Notes under the pieces: model-generated
Told to the model about the DNA's origin: nothing
What the model saw: the letters and a program-made list of their open reading frames with translations, nothing else
The model's database searches: none
Part shown: positions 11,601 through 23,600 of the stretch, one piece after another
Layout: every line of letters starts with the position of its first letter
How positions within the stretch are numbered: the stretch's first letter is position 1
Assembly: GCF_028641065.1 (NCBI RefSeq)
Contig: NC_073401.1
Span: 22,258,001-22,322,000 of the forward strand
Length of the DNA stretch: 64,000 nucleotides
Direction: 5' to 3'
Origin: Leucoraja erinacea
Lineage: Eukaryota
Translations under genes and position numbers: made by a program

Positions 11601-14600
11601 CATAGATGCTGCTGCACCCGCTGAGTTTCTCCAGCTTTTTTGTGTACCTTTGATTTTCCAGCATCTGCAGTTCCTTCTTAAACACTTGTTATAGTTCAGA
11701 GTTTGTTTGAAGTTGTGTTTAATGGTCTGATGGCTGTGGGGAAGCAGCTGTTCCTGAACCTGGATGTTGCAGATTTCAGGCTCCTTTACCTTCTACCTGA
11801 AGGCAGTGGAGAGATGAGTGTGTGGCCAGGATGGTGTGGGTCCTTGATGATGCTGGCATCCTTTTTGAAGCAGCGACTGCGATAGGTCCCCTCGATGGTA
11901 GGGAGGTCAGAGCAGATGATGGACTGGGCAGTGTTTACAACTTTTTGCAGACTTTTCCGCTCCTGGACGCTCAAGTTGCCGAACCAAGCCACGATGCAAC
12001 TGTTCAGCATGCTCTCTACTGTGCACCTGTAAAAGTTTGAGATAGTCCTCCTTGACATCTCCGTAGTCTTTTCAGGAAGTAGAGGCACTGATGTGCTTTC
12101 TTTATGATTGCGTCAGTGTTATGGGACCAGGAGAGATCTTTGGAAATATGCACGCCCAGGAATTTGAAGTCCTTCCCACCATCGACCCATTGATATAAAT
12201 GGGACTGTGCATCCCCAGCCTACCCATTCTGAAGTCCACAATCAGTTCCTTGGTTTTGCTGGTGTTGAGAGACAGGTTTTTGTGCTGGCAACATTTGGTC
12301 AATCGGTCGACCTCACTTCTATACTTTGACTCGTCCCCATCAGTGATTCGTCCCACAACAGTGGTGTAATTGGCAAACTTGATGATGGAGTTCGCACTAT
12401 GTCTGGCTACGCAGTCATGAATATAGAGTGAGTACAGCAGGAGGCTGAGCATGCAGCCTTGAGGTGCTCCCATGCTGATTATTATCGAGGATGACACATT
12501 TCCACTCATATGGACAGACTGTGGTCTGTGAATGAGGAAGTCGAGGATCCAATTGCAGATGTGCAGAGATCCAGATCTGAGAGCTTGGTAACCAGCTTGG
12601 AGGGGATGATGGTCTTAAATGCTGAGCTGTAGTCATTGAATAACAGCCTGAAATATGAGTTTTTGTTGTCCAAGTGGTTCAGAGAGGAGTGGAGAGCCAG
12701 TAAGATCGCATCCACTGTTGATCTGTTGTGGCAGTAAGCGATCTGCAGTGGGTCCAGGTTTCTGTCAAGGTATGAGTTGATTTGCGCCATGGTTAGCCTC
12801 TCAAAGCACTTCATCACCACAGATGTTAGTGCCACTGGTCGAATGCTGAAAGCAATTTCTCATTATTCCCCTTTTGAATGGACTCCAACTGGTTCACAGC
12901 AGGGCTGCCATGCCTGAGTTCCTTGACAGTTGTCACAAATAAAAAGAATGGACGCTGTAACAAAGTTTAGAAGAAATAGAATTCTGTCATCCATGTAATG
13001 TTGCCTGTGATGCAAATAGAATCTGCTAGCAGTGTGCTCTGGTGCAAATGTGATATACACCAGCAGTGCAGAATGTAAAAGCATTGAGACTGTGTGGGGA
13101 GTTTATCAGCTTGATGTGAAATTATCTATATAACTAAAAGTCTCATCTTGACCACTTCCTGTCTGTGCTGTGTATTGATTTTAGAAAAAAAATGCTACAC
13201 TATATCACTAAGATTTGTGAGTCTACTGAACTGTGAGTCTACTGAACCGTGAGTCTACTGAACTGTGAGTCTACCCTTTATGTGCTTGATGTGGTTACGT
13301 GTTTATGTGGTTATGCATTTTGTGTGGTTAATCCTTAATGTGCTTGCAATAAATGATTTGTTAGCCAGTAATGTGATTGCAATGACTGATCATTTGTTAA
13401 CCCTTAATGTGCTTGCAATAAATGATTTGTTAGCCAACAATGTGGTTGCAATGAATGGTGATTTGTTAACCCTTAAAGTGCTTGCAATAAATGATTTGTT
13501 AGCACTTAATGAAATGAAATGAATTGTTTGGCCTGCCCTGTGCTTGAAATTGAAATGGAAATGGATGTGAAATGAGTTGTGGTTATGCCTTTTGTGTGGT
13601 TTTCCTTTTGCTTTGCAATTGCTTTGCTTGAGCCAGTAATGTGAAATGAATGCATCATTTGTTATTAATGTGCCCCGCAATAAATGATTTGCTTTTGCTT
13701 TAATGCTTTGAAATGAATTGCTTGGCCTGCCCTTGAAATGAAATTGAAATGGATCTTGAAATGAAATGAGTTGGCTCGCCCCGCCGGCACTGTGTTTTTG
13801 CTTTTGCTTTGCCTTTGCTTTGCTTGAGCTCAACTGAAATGAAAGCAAATAGATTGTATTGATGGCTGGCCCCGCCTGCCCTGTGCTTTTGCTTTTGCTT
13901 TGCCTTTGCTTTGCTTGACCTCACCTGCCCTGTGCTTGACTTGATTTGACTTGACTTGATATGGATTGACTTCACATGAAATGGATTGTTGGCCCTGCAC
14001 TCATTGTTCTTGACTTGACTTGACCCACATCACAAGCTAGTGCTCCAGAAGGCACCCCCCCCCCTTCCCTCCCCCCCCCGCCCCCCCCCCCCCCCGTGGA
14101 ATTGGTGGAGAGGTGGAATTTGCATTTGGAACCAGCCCCCCCCCCCCCCCCCGTGTGAACCTGGGACCCAACGGATCCCACTTAGTCTAGTATCATATAA
14201 CAGGCACGTAATATAGTTTGAATCACCTTTGAATGCCAAGCCACATTCTATATCAAAGTGAGCATTCAAGGACCACCTCTCTGGTACAGTACTCCCATAA
14301 CAATTGGTGAGAATTGGCCCTATCCATCAACAGTAATATGCCAAGGTTAGATGCCTGGTACAAAAATATCTGATTTGGAATTGAATTGATCTAACCCTGT
14401 TGAGTATATTGTTGGCAAGATGCAAAATCTCCTCCACTAAACTGTCCTAGCACTATTGAGTAGCACAGTTACGCAGCTTGTAGATGCACCCTTGCAGAGC
14501 CAGAGACCCAGGTTCAATTCTGACTTCAGGTACTGTCAGTGTGGGGTTTGCACTATGACAACAATGGTCTCCTCTTGGTGCTCTGGTTTTCTCCCACACC

Positions 14601-17600
14601 CCACAATTGTTTGGGTTGGTAGGTTAATTGGCCACAGTAAATTGCTCCTAATGTGGAGGTGAATGGTAGTTTTTGAGGGAGGATGGGGAATATGGGGAAA
14701 ATAAAAATGAAATGAATGTAAGGTGGTTAGTGTAAGTTGTTGATGGAGTGCAGACTTGATGGGCCATAAGGCCTGTTTATGTGCTGGATAAACTAATGCC
14801 TCACACAGCAAGGCAACAGGCCCTTCAGCCCACCATGATTATCAAATATCTGTATACTTTAATTCAACAGTAACCTCATTTTTTCCACTCAAATCCCCAT
14901 CAACTCTCCATCTCCCAATCCACTCCTCCTCCCACACACCTATACTGCGGGAAATTGTCGAACCAGCAAGCACATCTTTGGCAGGTGGGATGAAACCAGA
15001 ACACCCAGATAAAGTCCACAAACTGGGGGAATAGATGCAAATCTCTGCAGGCAATTATCAAGATCAGAATGGAACTTTAGTTCAAGTCAGTAGGGCTAAT
15101 TTGCCCTTCAAATACAAGCAAATCCCCATCAACTCTCCGTTTGGGGAGTCCACTCCTCCTCCCACACACCTATACTGCGGGAAATTGTCGAACCAGCAAG
15201 CACATCTTTGGCAGGTGGGATGAAACCAGAACACCCAGATAAAGTCCACAAACTGGGGGAATAGATGCAAATCTCTGCAGGCAATATCAGAGATCAGAAT
15301 GGAACATGAGTCGCCATGAGTCAGTAGGGCTAATTGTGCCCTTCAAATACAAGCACAGATCTGTGTAACAACTTTCAGGCTGAATGATGAGTTATTTATG
15401 ATAGAATTAGAGATCACATTCAGAACAGTCAATGTTTAAATATTTGCCACATCTCGTTATTTTATTATAATGTAAATGTTTTTTTTCTCTCACCAGCTTC
15501 CTTCAGAGTCTGCACATTCAATCCGACCTGTGAGAGGGAATCTTGCATTGTTTGAATGTTGTCCAGAACTGTTACAGCTGAAAAAGTTACGTTTAAAAAA
15601 ATATAAATGCCTGGTACAGCTTCAGTCACAGGTAAACTTAGAATCAAATGAAGAGATGGTGTTGGAGTCAGTTTGTTACAGTTATCCAATTAATTCCATT
15701 CAGCAATTCTTCATCCAAAACTCATTTTTTTCTCCTCCCATATATTTACAACAATCTCTATTGGGGTATTAGTACTGGATCGGCTACCTCTATCTCCTGT
15801 ATCTAAATGTTTTATGGCATAACGCTTCTTCGGCTCCCTGAGAGCTGATTTCCTAGGAACATCTACCATTGGGAATGTGTTGAACTAGAAATTCTTACTT
15901 TAAAAAATTAAGAATGTAATGGTTTAATACGAGATTGATCACTGGGATGGCGGGACAGTCATATTAGGAAAGATTGAAAAGAGTAGGCTTGTATTCACTG
16001 GAGTTTTGAAGGATGAGGGGATATCTTATAGAAACATATAAAATTATAAAAGGACTGGACAAGCTAGATGCAGGAAAAATGTCCCCAATGTTGGGTCAGT
16101 CCAGAACCAGGGGCCACAGTCTTAGAATAAAGGGGAGGTCATTTAAGACTGAGGTGAGAAAACACTTTTTCACCCAGAGAGTTGTGAATTTATGGAATTG
16201 CCTGCCACAGAGGGCAGTGGAGGCCAAGTCACTGGATGGATTTAGGAGATGGTTAGATAGGGCTCTAGGGGCTAGTGGAATCAAGGAATATGGGGAGAAG
16301 GCAGGCACGGGTTATTGATAGTGGATGATCAGCCATGATCACAATGAATGGCGGTGCTGGCTCGAAGGGTCAAATGGCCCCCTCCTGCACCTATTTTCTA
16401 TGTTAATGTAACCTCTGGGCTTGCTGCTTGCCGCAATGTGCTGGAGGAAGACTTCCTTCTGCACTCATGTAAGTGTAAGTGTGCACTTGAGGCTCATACA
16501 CTCCCTACAATCAGTCTGAAGAAGGTTCCCGACCTGAAATGTCAACTACCCATTTCCCCCGGAGATGTTGCCTGACCTGCTGCGTTCCTCCATAATTTTG
16601 TGTCTATGTTTAGTATAAACCAGTATCTGCAGTTCCTTTTTATTGCATTTTGATTCTAATTCACTTGGGTATGATCTCCTAAAACTCCCTGATATCAAGT
16701 TAATTGTTCTAATGCATGATTTTTCTATAAAAGTCTATTACATTATTTTTAAATATGAAAGCTTTGAGTATTATTTGTAGCTTGTCATCATATTATGTTA
16801 ACATTTATCATGAAACCAGGTTGCATGTTGTATTTCTACAATTGCTAAATAATGTTTTATTATGAATATAATTAAATAAAATAGTACAGCACAGAAACAG
16901 GCCCCTTTGCACACATTGTCCATCCCTTTAGCAGGTTAAACTAAGCCTGTCTGCCATCACGTGATCCATATCCCTCTATTCCTGGCATATCCATGTGTCA
17001 GGAAAAGAGGGACATAGATCACATTTTGGGACGTTTCAGGCTGCGACCCTTGCTGCCTGATCCACTGAAATCCTCCAGTACTTTACATTTGGCTCAAGAT
17101 TCCAGCATCTGCTGTTCCTTAGGATCTCCAATGTTCTGATTGTATTTGTTCTCACCACAATGTGCTATGATTACAATTGGCAAGCACTGTGTCAATTCTA
17201 GTTTAGGATGGTATAGTTCATCTTGAAATTAAAGTATAAAACAGATGCATTTGGGTCAGAGGTGTGTCCCACATCTCTTCAAATCTCAGGAAGTTTCTAC
17301 CCAATTACAAATAAATTATTGTGCTTTTGTTATTGTTCAATGTTTATTTTAAACAGTTAATTTAATACTAATAAAATGTAATTACAAAGGCAATTTACAT
17401 TTTTATTTTTTAATCTATATATTAATGATCTGTCCAAACAATTGAAAGCCTGTAATACTGGGTGCATGATTGGTAATATTTTAGTGACCCATATTATGTA
17501 TGCAGATGATCTTGTGGTCTTTAGTCCATCTAGTGCTGGTCTCCAGCAGCTCCTTACTATATGTTCTGCACATGGTGTGGAACATGATATTAAATATAAT

Positions 17601-20600
17601 GCCAGTAAGAGTGCTGTTATGATCTGTAGAACCAAAGAGGATAAATGTCTAAAATTTCCCGATTTTAAATTGGCTGACAACAATCTTAGTGTCTGTAATA
17701 AGGTAAAATATCTAGGGCATTTTATTACAGAACAAATGACAGATGATGAGGATATTTATAGGCAACGACGCATGCTGTATGTACAGGCAAATATTCTCTT
17801 ACGTAAATTTGGTGCGTGTGCAGATGTGGTGAAGATGTCGCTATTTAGAGCATACTGCACACCACTCTACACTGCGCACCTGTGGCCGAACTATGGAAAG
17901 ACAAGCTTGCAGAGACTAAAGGTGTCATTTAACGATGCCATGAGAACCTAGAGGATACCTAGATGGCGTAGTGCTAGTAACATGTTTGTGGCTGCAGGAG
18001 TCAGTGCTTTAGAAGCTATCCTAAGAAATCATATATATAAATTCATTGGCAGGATAAATGACTCTAAAAATGTAATTATTGTGGCTTTGTCAAACATAAG
18101 GGTTAGCACTACACGCTATGAATCCCAGCTGTGGAGACACTGGTATCGTTGTCCCGCTGTAGGACATTGATCATTCTTTTAATCTGGATTTTTAATTCAT
18201 GTATTGTGTTTTTTTTAAATATATAATTTATGATGCTTTTATAAGTGATATACTGAGATTTTATATGTACTTCATGATATTTTTGAATATGCAATGCATT
18301 TTTATGTAATGTTGCCCCTTGTCTGGACCTCGAGTCCGTAATAAAGTTTATTAATTAATATATTATTATTAATGTATCTGCCAGAATTACTGTGCATCAG
18401 AGCTTTCCAATGATCATTTTTCTGGCAGATGCACGATTATATGCATTCCTTCCAATGTAAAATATGGGTGTTTTTCTTCATGTGTAAATGTGAAAAAAAA
18501 AACATAGATTCATTTCATTGTCACAATTGTGCCATCGGAATAATTTTTGAAGCAGTTTGAATTTTTTTCTTAAATTATTTCATAAAATATTGAATCTCCT
18601 ACCTTTTTTTTCCATTCTTTGAAATTTGGATAGAAGTGAAGAATTAACATTATTTAGAGACACAATCATCACGTTTAGATTCTCTGAGATATGGAAACCT
18701 GGACAGTAAAGAAAAATCACAAAATGGACACTGTTGGTCAATTGGATGGAATCTGCCATGAGGAAAGGTATACCCCAGCAATTTACCCTTTGGCTCTCCA
18801 GTATAAAATTATCAGGTTTTAATTGTATGACTGGACCATTACTATAAATCCTACTTTATAATATTGCTAGGAAAGGATCTCTAGCTCATCTCTGGGTGTG
18901 ACTGAACTTGTTTGGCCTCTCATCTTCCATCTCCAACATAAACTTGATTCTGGAAAGGGATCCTGATCTGAAATGTCCTCTTTCCATTCCCTCTACAAAT
19001 GCTGCCCGACTCGTTGTTCTTCCGGCACTTTATCTTTCACATGAACTTGAGCTCTACTGAAACGTTACCGTCTGTATTCTCATGGAAATCATGTGCCATA
19101 AATCCATTTCTACATTTTGTTCCCCATTCAACACTGCTCCATTCCGAAAATTGTCATCCTTTTATGTTGCTTAAACCCTGCCCACTTCAGAAAGCGGAAG
19201 CTGGGGGGCCACATACCAGTTTTCATTTGTGGAGAGAGGTAGCAGCTTCAAAGTCATGGGCATCGCCTTCTCGGATAACCTGTCCTGGGCCCAGCACATA
19301 GATATTATTATGAAGAAGACATGCCAGCATATCTACTTTCTTAGATGTTTAAAGAGATTTGGCATGTCACTGAATAGTCTAACAAACTTCTACGGATGCA
19401 TTGCAGAAAGTATTCTGACTGGCCTGGTCAGATTCTTGAACTGCCCGCACAACTCTGATCCTACTGCAATAATGGAACACTATGGGCCACAATTGTTTTC
19501 TAATTGTGTTTTGCACTGCACTAATGTCCCACTTTTGCAGTCTTTTTTTGACAATCTCTGGAAGCCTCTAAGATCTCTGTATTCCAACAATTCTTCTTCA
19601 AACTATCTGTACGCTAATCCTCTTTGTTTCCCAACATTTCCTCCCTCCTTGATGATTGTAAACTCCTTGAGAAATGCCTTGAAATGTTTGCGTTTGGAAT
19701 GTCACGGCCTTTGTTACCACATCCCTCACAATGTCTAATTCTAATTCAAATTTACTCTCAAATGTTACGTGTGTAAATTCTTCCCCTGTTGCCTTTTCAC
19801 ACCAAATTTCAATGAAACGCTTTGCTGCAAGTGATTTCATTAAGGAGGAATTACATACCTTCTTCTTTAAGGTTTTGTAGCTCAGAGAGAGTTGACATGT
19901 TTAGGGCATCCATAAGAGTTTGCATTTGGTTAATGTGATCACCGAGCTGTAAATCTAAACACAAAATGGATTGTAAAGTTATTTCACAAGCTAAATAGTT
20001 TGCTGAGTGAATGAAGGTAAATTTTAATAAGTCTTCTGTTTAGATTGTGTTTTGTTATGCTGGGAACCTAGAGCAATGTCTGTCCTCTGCTGTATGAGAT
20101 GCTGCCTGTCCTGCTGAGTTATTCTGGCTTTTTGTGTCTATTAATCAACATGGTTACTTCACATCACCTTTGACGGTTTAACAATAATAAAAGTAGTTGA
20201 AAATAAACGTTGCCCTACAATGCAATCATTTTTGGCCACTAAAACCCAGATGGATTTAACAGCATGGTATATTTAGGTCTTTTAAAAAAATGGTAACAAT
20301 GCAATCGGAGCCTATGATTAACAGTGGTTTACACCCTGAAGCAATCACTGAACGGGGGTCCATGCAAATTCCAGCTGGGCCTCACCTATTTCTCAACTAC
20401 CAATGGTTTGCATTCAGAAAAGGACATCAGTTCTTAAAGGCATATTCCCTGTGGCAGCCGAATGATAAGATTATAAGATCTTATTGATAGGAGCAGAATT
20501 AGGCCATTTGGTTCATCAAGTCTACTGTGCCATTCAATCATGGCTGATCTATCTCTCCCTCCTAACCCCGTTCTCCTGCATTCTCCCCATAATCTCTGAC

Positions 20601-23600
20601 ACCCAAGAATCTATCAATCTCTGCCTTAAATATATCCACTGACTTGGCTGCCACAGACTTCTGTGGTAAAGATTCCAAAGATTCACCACCAAAGAAATTC
20701 CTCCTCGTATCTTTCCTAAAAGAGCGTCTTTTAATTCTGAGGCTATGACCTCTAGTCCTAGACTCTCCCACTCATGGAAACATCCTTTCCACATCCACTC
20801 TATCCAAGCCTTTCACTATTCTGTACGTTTCATTGAGGTTCCCCCTCATTCTTATAAACTCTTGCGAGTAGAGGCACAGTGCCATCAAATGCTCATGATA
20901 CCTTCACCTACTCATTAGAAAAAGTTCAACAGCGGAGTGTGATTCAACTCCTATAATTACTTAGCAAAAATACAAGTCTTTGTCAACACAAAATCAATAC
21001 AAGAAGGAAGGTCCTCTGTTTCAGAGTATGGGTATGTGTGGGGTTTGGGGTAGATGGTGAGATGGCAGAGAACCATTGGAATAGTCAAGTCAAGTTGTCA
21101 TATTTATTTATATAGCACATTTAAAAAACAACTCTTGTAGGCCAAAGTGCTTTACATTTATTAAAAGAATAGCACAACAAAACAAACTACATACATATAT
21201 ACATGTAGCCCTCACTCAGAGGACGTCAGGAAAGGCTTGGGAGTATAGATAAGTCTTTAGTCTTGACTTAAATGAGTCGATGGAGGGGGCAGTTCTGATG
21301 GGAAAGAGGATGCTGTTCCACAGTCTAGGGGCTGCAACCGCAAAGGCACGGTCGCCCCTGAGCTTATGCCTTGACCGTGGGATATTCAGCAACCCCAAGT
21401 CGGCCGATCTGAGGGGCCTGGAGGTGGAGTGGTGGGTGAGAAGACTTTTTATGTAGGTGGGGGCAAGCCCATTGAGAGCTTTGTAGACATGGAGGAGGAT
21501 CTTGCAGTTTATACGGAACCGCACAGGGAGCCAGGGGGTGATGTGGTCCCTTTTTCGGGTGCCCGTCAGGAGTCTCGCTGCGGAGTTTTGGACCTGTTGT
21601 AGGCGGCACAGGTGGAATAAGAAGGATCTGGCAGAACATGGCAATAATTTTCATTATTGATTCTAGTCTTTAACTTTTAGTTGTTGCAGTTCAGAACTCA
21701 AGCGTTTGTCAGCCTCCTTTAACTGATTAACTTCCTCTGAAATCCGAATATCTTGAAAATATCATCATTTGTTGATTTCAATATTAAAATTCTTACAATT
21801 CAACCAGAGTGGATTAGTGAAAAACTATCCATTCACTTAATAATTGCAGCCAAATGACAGATTACACATCTAATTTGCATTGCTGTTTCATTTGTAGGCA
21901 TTGAAATCTTCAGACTGACCTGTCAGATGTTTGCAAAATTGATCTCAAATGGCAAAGTGACCACGTGAGCACTGGAGTGCCCCTCCCTCCCTGAGTGTCC
22001 TGTCCTGCCTTGCGGGTGCATTGTGACGTTACTCGGGGTTTTTTTTCCCCGAAAAGGGTGAGTTTTCGGGCTGTTTTTAAAATTTTAAATTATTAAAAAG
22101 TTCGGAAATATAGGTGGGAATGCGACAAGAAGATGTTTATCGCCTCGACGGGAAAAATGTGAGTAGAATGTGTGAAAATGGGAAGGTCGTGGCCCAGTGT
22201 TTGGAAGAAAATGGGAAAATNNNNNNNNNNNNNNNNNNNNNNNNNNNNNNNNNNNNNNNNNNNNNNNNNNNNNNNNNNNNNNNNNNNNNNNNNNNNNNNN
22301 NNNNNNNNNNNNNNNNNNNNNNNNNNNNNNNNNNNNNNNNNNNNNNNNNNNNNNNNNNNNNNNNNNNNNNNNNNNNNNNNNNNNNNNNNNNNNNNNNNNN
22401 NNNNNNNNNNNNNNNNNNNNNNNNNNNNNNNNNNNNNNNNNNNNNNNNNNNNNNNNNNNNNNNNNNNNNNNNNNNNNNNNNNNNNNNNNNNNNNNNNNNN
22501 NNNNNNNNNNNNNNNNNNNNNNNNNNNNNNNNNNNNNNNNNNNNNNNNNNNNNNNNNNNNNNNNNNNNNNNNNNNNNNNNNNNNNNNNNNNNNNNNNNNN
22601 NNNNNNNNNNNNNNNNNNNNNGTATTACAAATAGATTAGGAAAAGAGTGCCACCTGGTGGATATTTTGAAGTTTCGCATGCTGTGAAGACTTGCAAGGCA
22701 AATCAATGTAAGGTTTATTGAGGCACATTTAAGTCTGTAAATATGGGCCAAGAACAGTGACAGAGTGAGCAGCATAAATTTGGCCGCGGATTCGGCACCA
22801 TTCCAGTGCCACCAGAAAGCCAAAATTCACACCTTTTGAATACTTCAGACAAAATGCAGTGCACTTTTAATCTATCCATTCCCTTAGAAATATTGGATTC
22901 ACAGAAATCACGTTCCGCATGGAGAGGTATTCCCCAACCCTGTGTTAAAAGTCATGCTGATTACTCCATTTCTGCAAGCAGTCAATTCCGCATGAGTTGG
23001 ATGATCCACTCAGGCAAAATATTTAACAATATGTGGTTTAATTCCTTGAAAAACAATGTTTCTCCAGGTTCCGCAGCCTCGGCACTCATAGTATTAACAT
23101 CCCACTCTTGACATCACCTTTGGTGAATCGGAGACACAAGGATCTATAGATGCTGGAAACTTGAATAACACAAAGTGCTGGAGTAACTCAGCGCGTCAGG
23201 CAGCATCACTGGTGGATATGGACAGGCGACATTTCGGGTCCGAGCCCAAACGTCGCCAATCTATGGCCCCCAGGAATGCTGCCTAACCCGCGGAGTTACC
23301 CCAGCACTTTGAGTTTTACTTTTAGTAAACAGAGAATCGTGCCCAAAACAGACGATAGTGATCTTTTAATTCGGCTGACCTGTCATAAGTTCATTATCTT
23401 TTAATACATGCCACTATTAATGACGTTCAGCATTCTACTCTGTTTGTGAATCTACCTGGTCATACAAGCATTTTCCAGCATATTGCATCTTATATACTGC
23501 ACATTCACTTTAGTGCAGGGATCTTACCAGGAAATCTTAGAATAAAAATAAAATGAGCTACAACTTTAATTGAACGACATCATATTTTCAAAGAGGATAT

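Noticed and set aside
13217-13520. Short regular repeats resembling a CRISPR array
   Set aside because: Eukaryotic context, no unique spacers; minisatellites inside a Helitron.
15035-15272. Two perfect octamers ATGCAAAT
   Set aside because: They lie in a duplicated decayed SINE ~25 kb from the IgL genes; no evidence of function.
22114-22823. Long ORFs containing X runs (also 58851-59326)
   Set aside because: Artefacts of reading through N gaps.
22831-22905. Another possible neck-like exon ([22 protein letters not shown])
   Set aside because: No suitable AG acceptor, and the donor is in the wrong phase.
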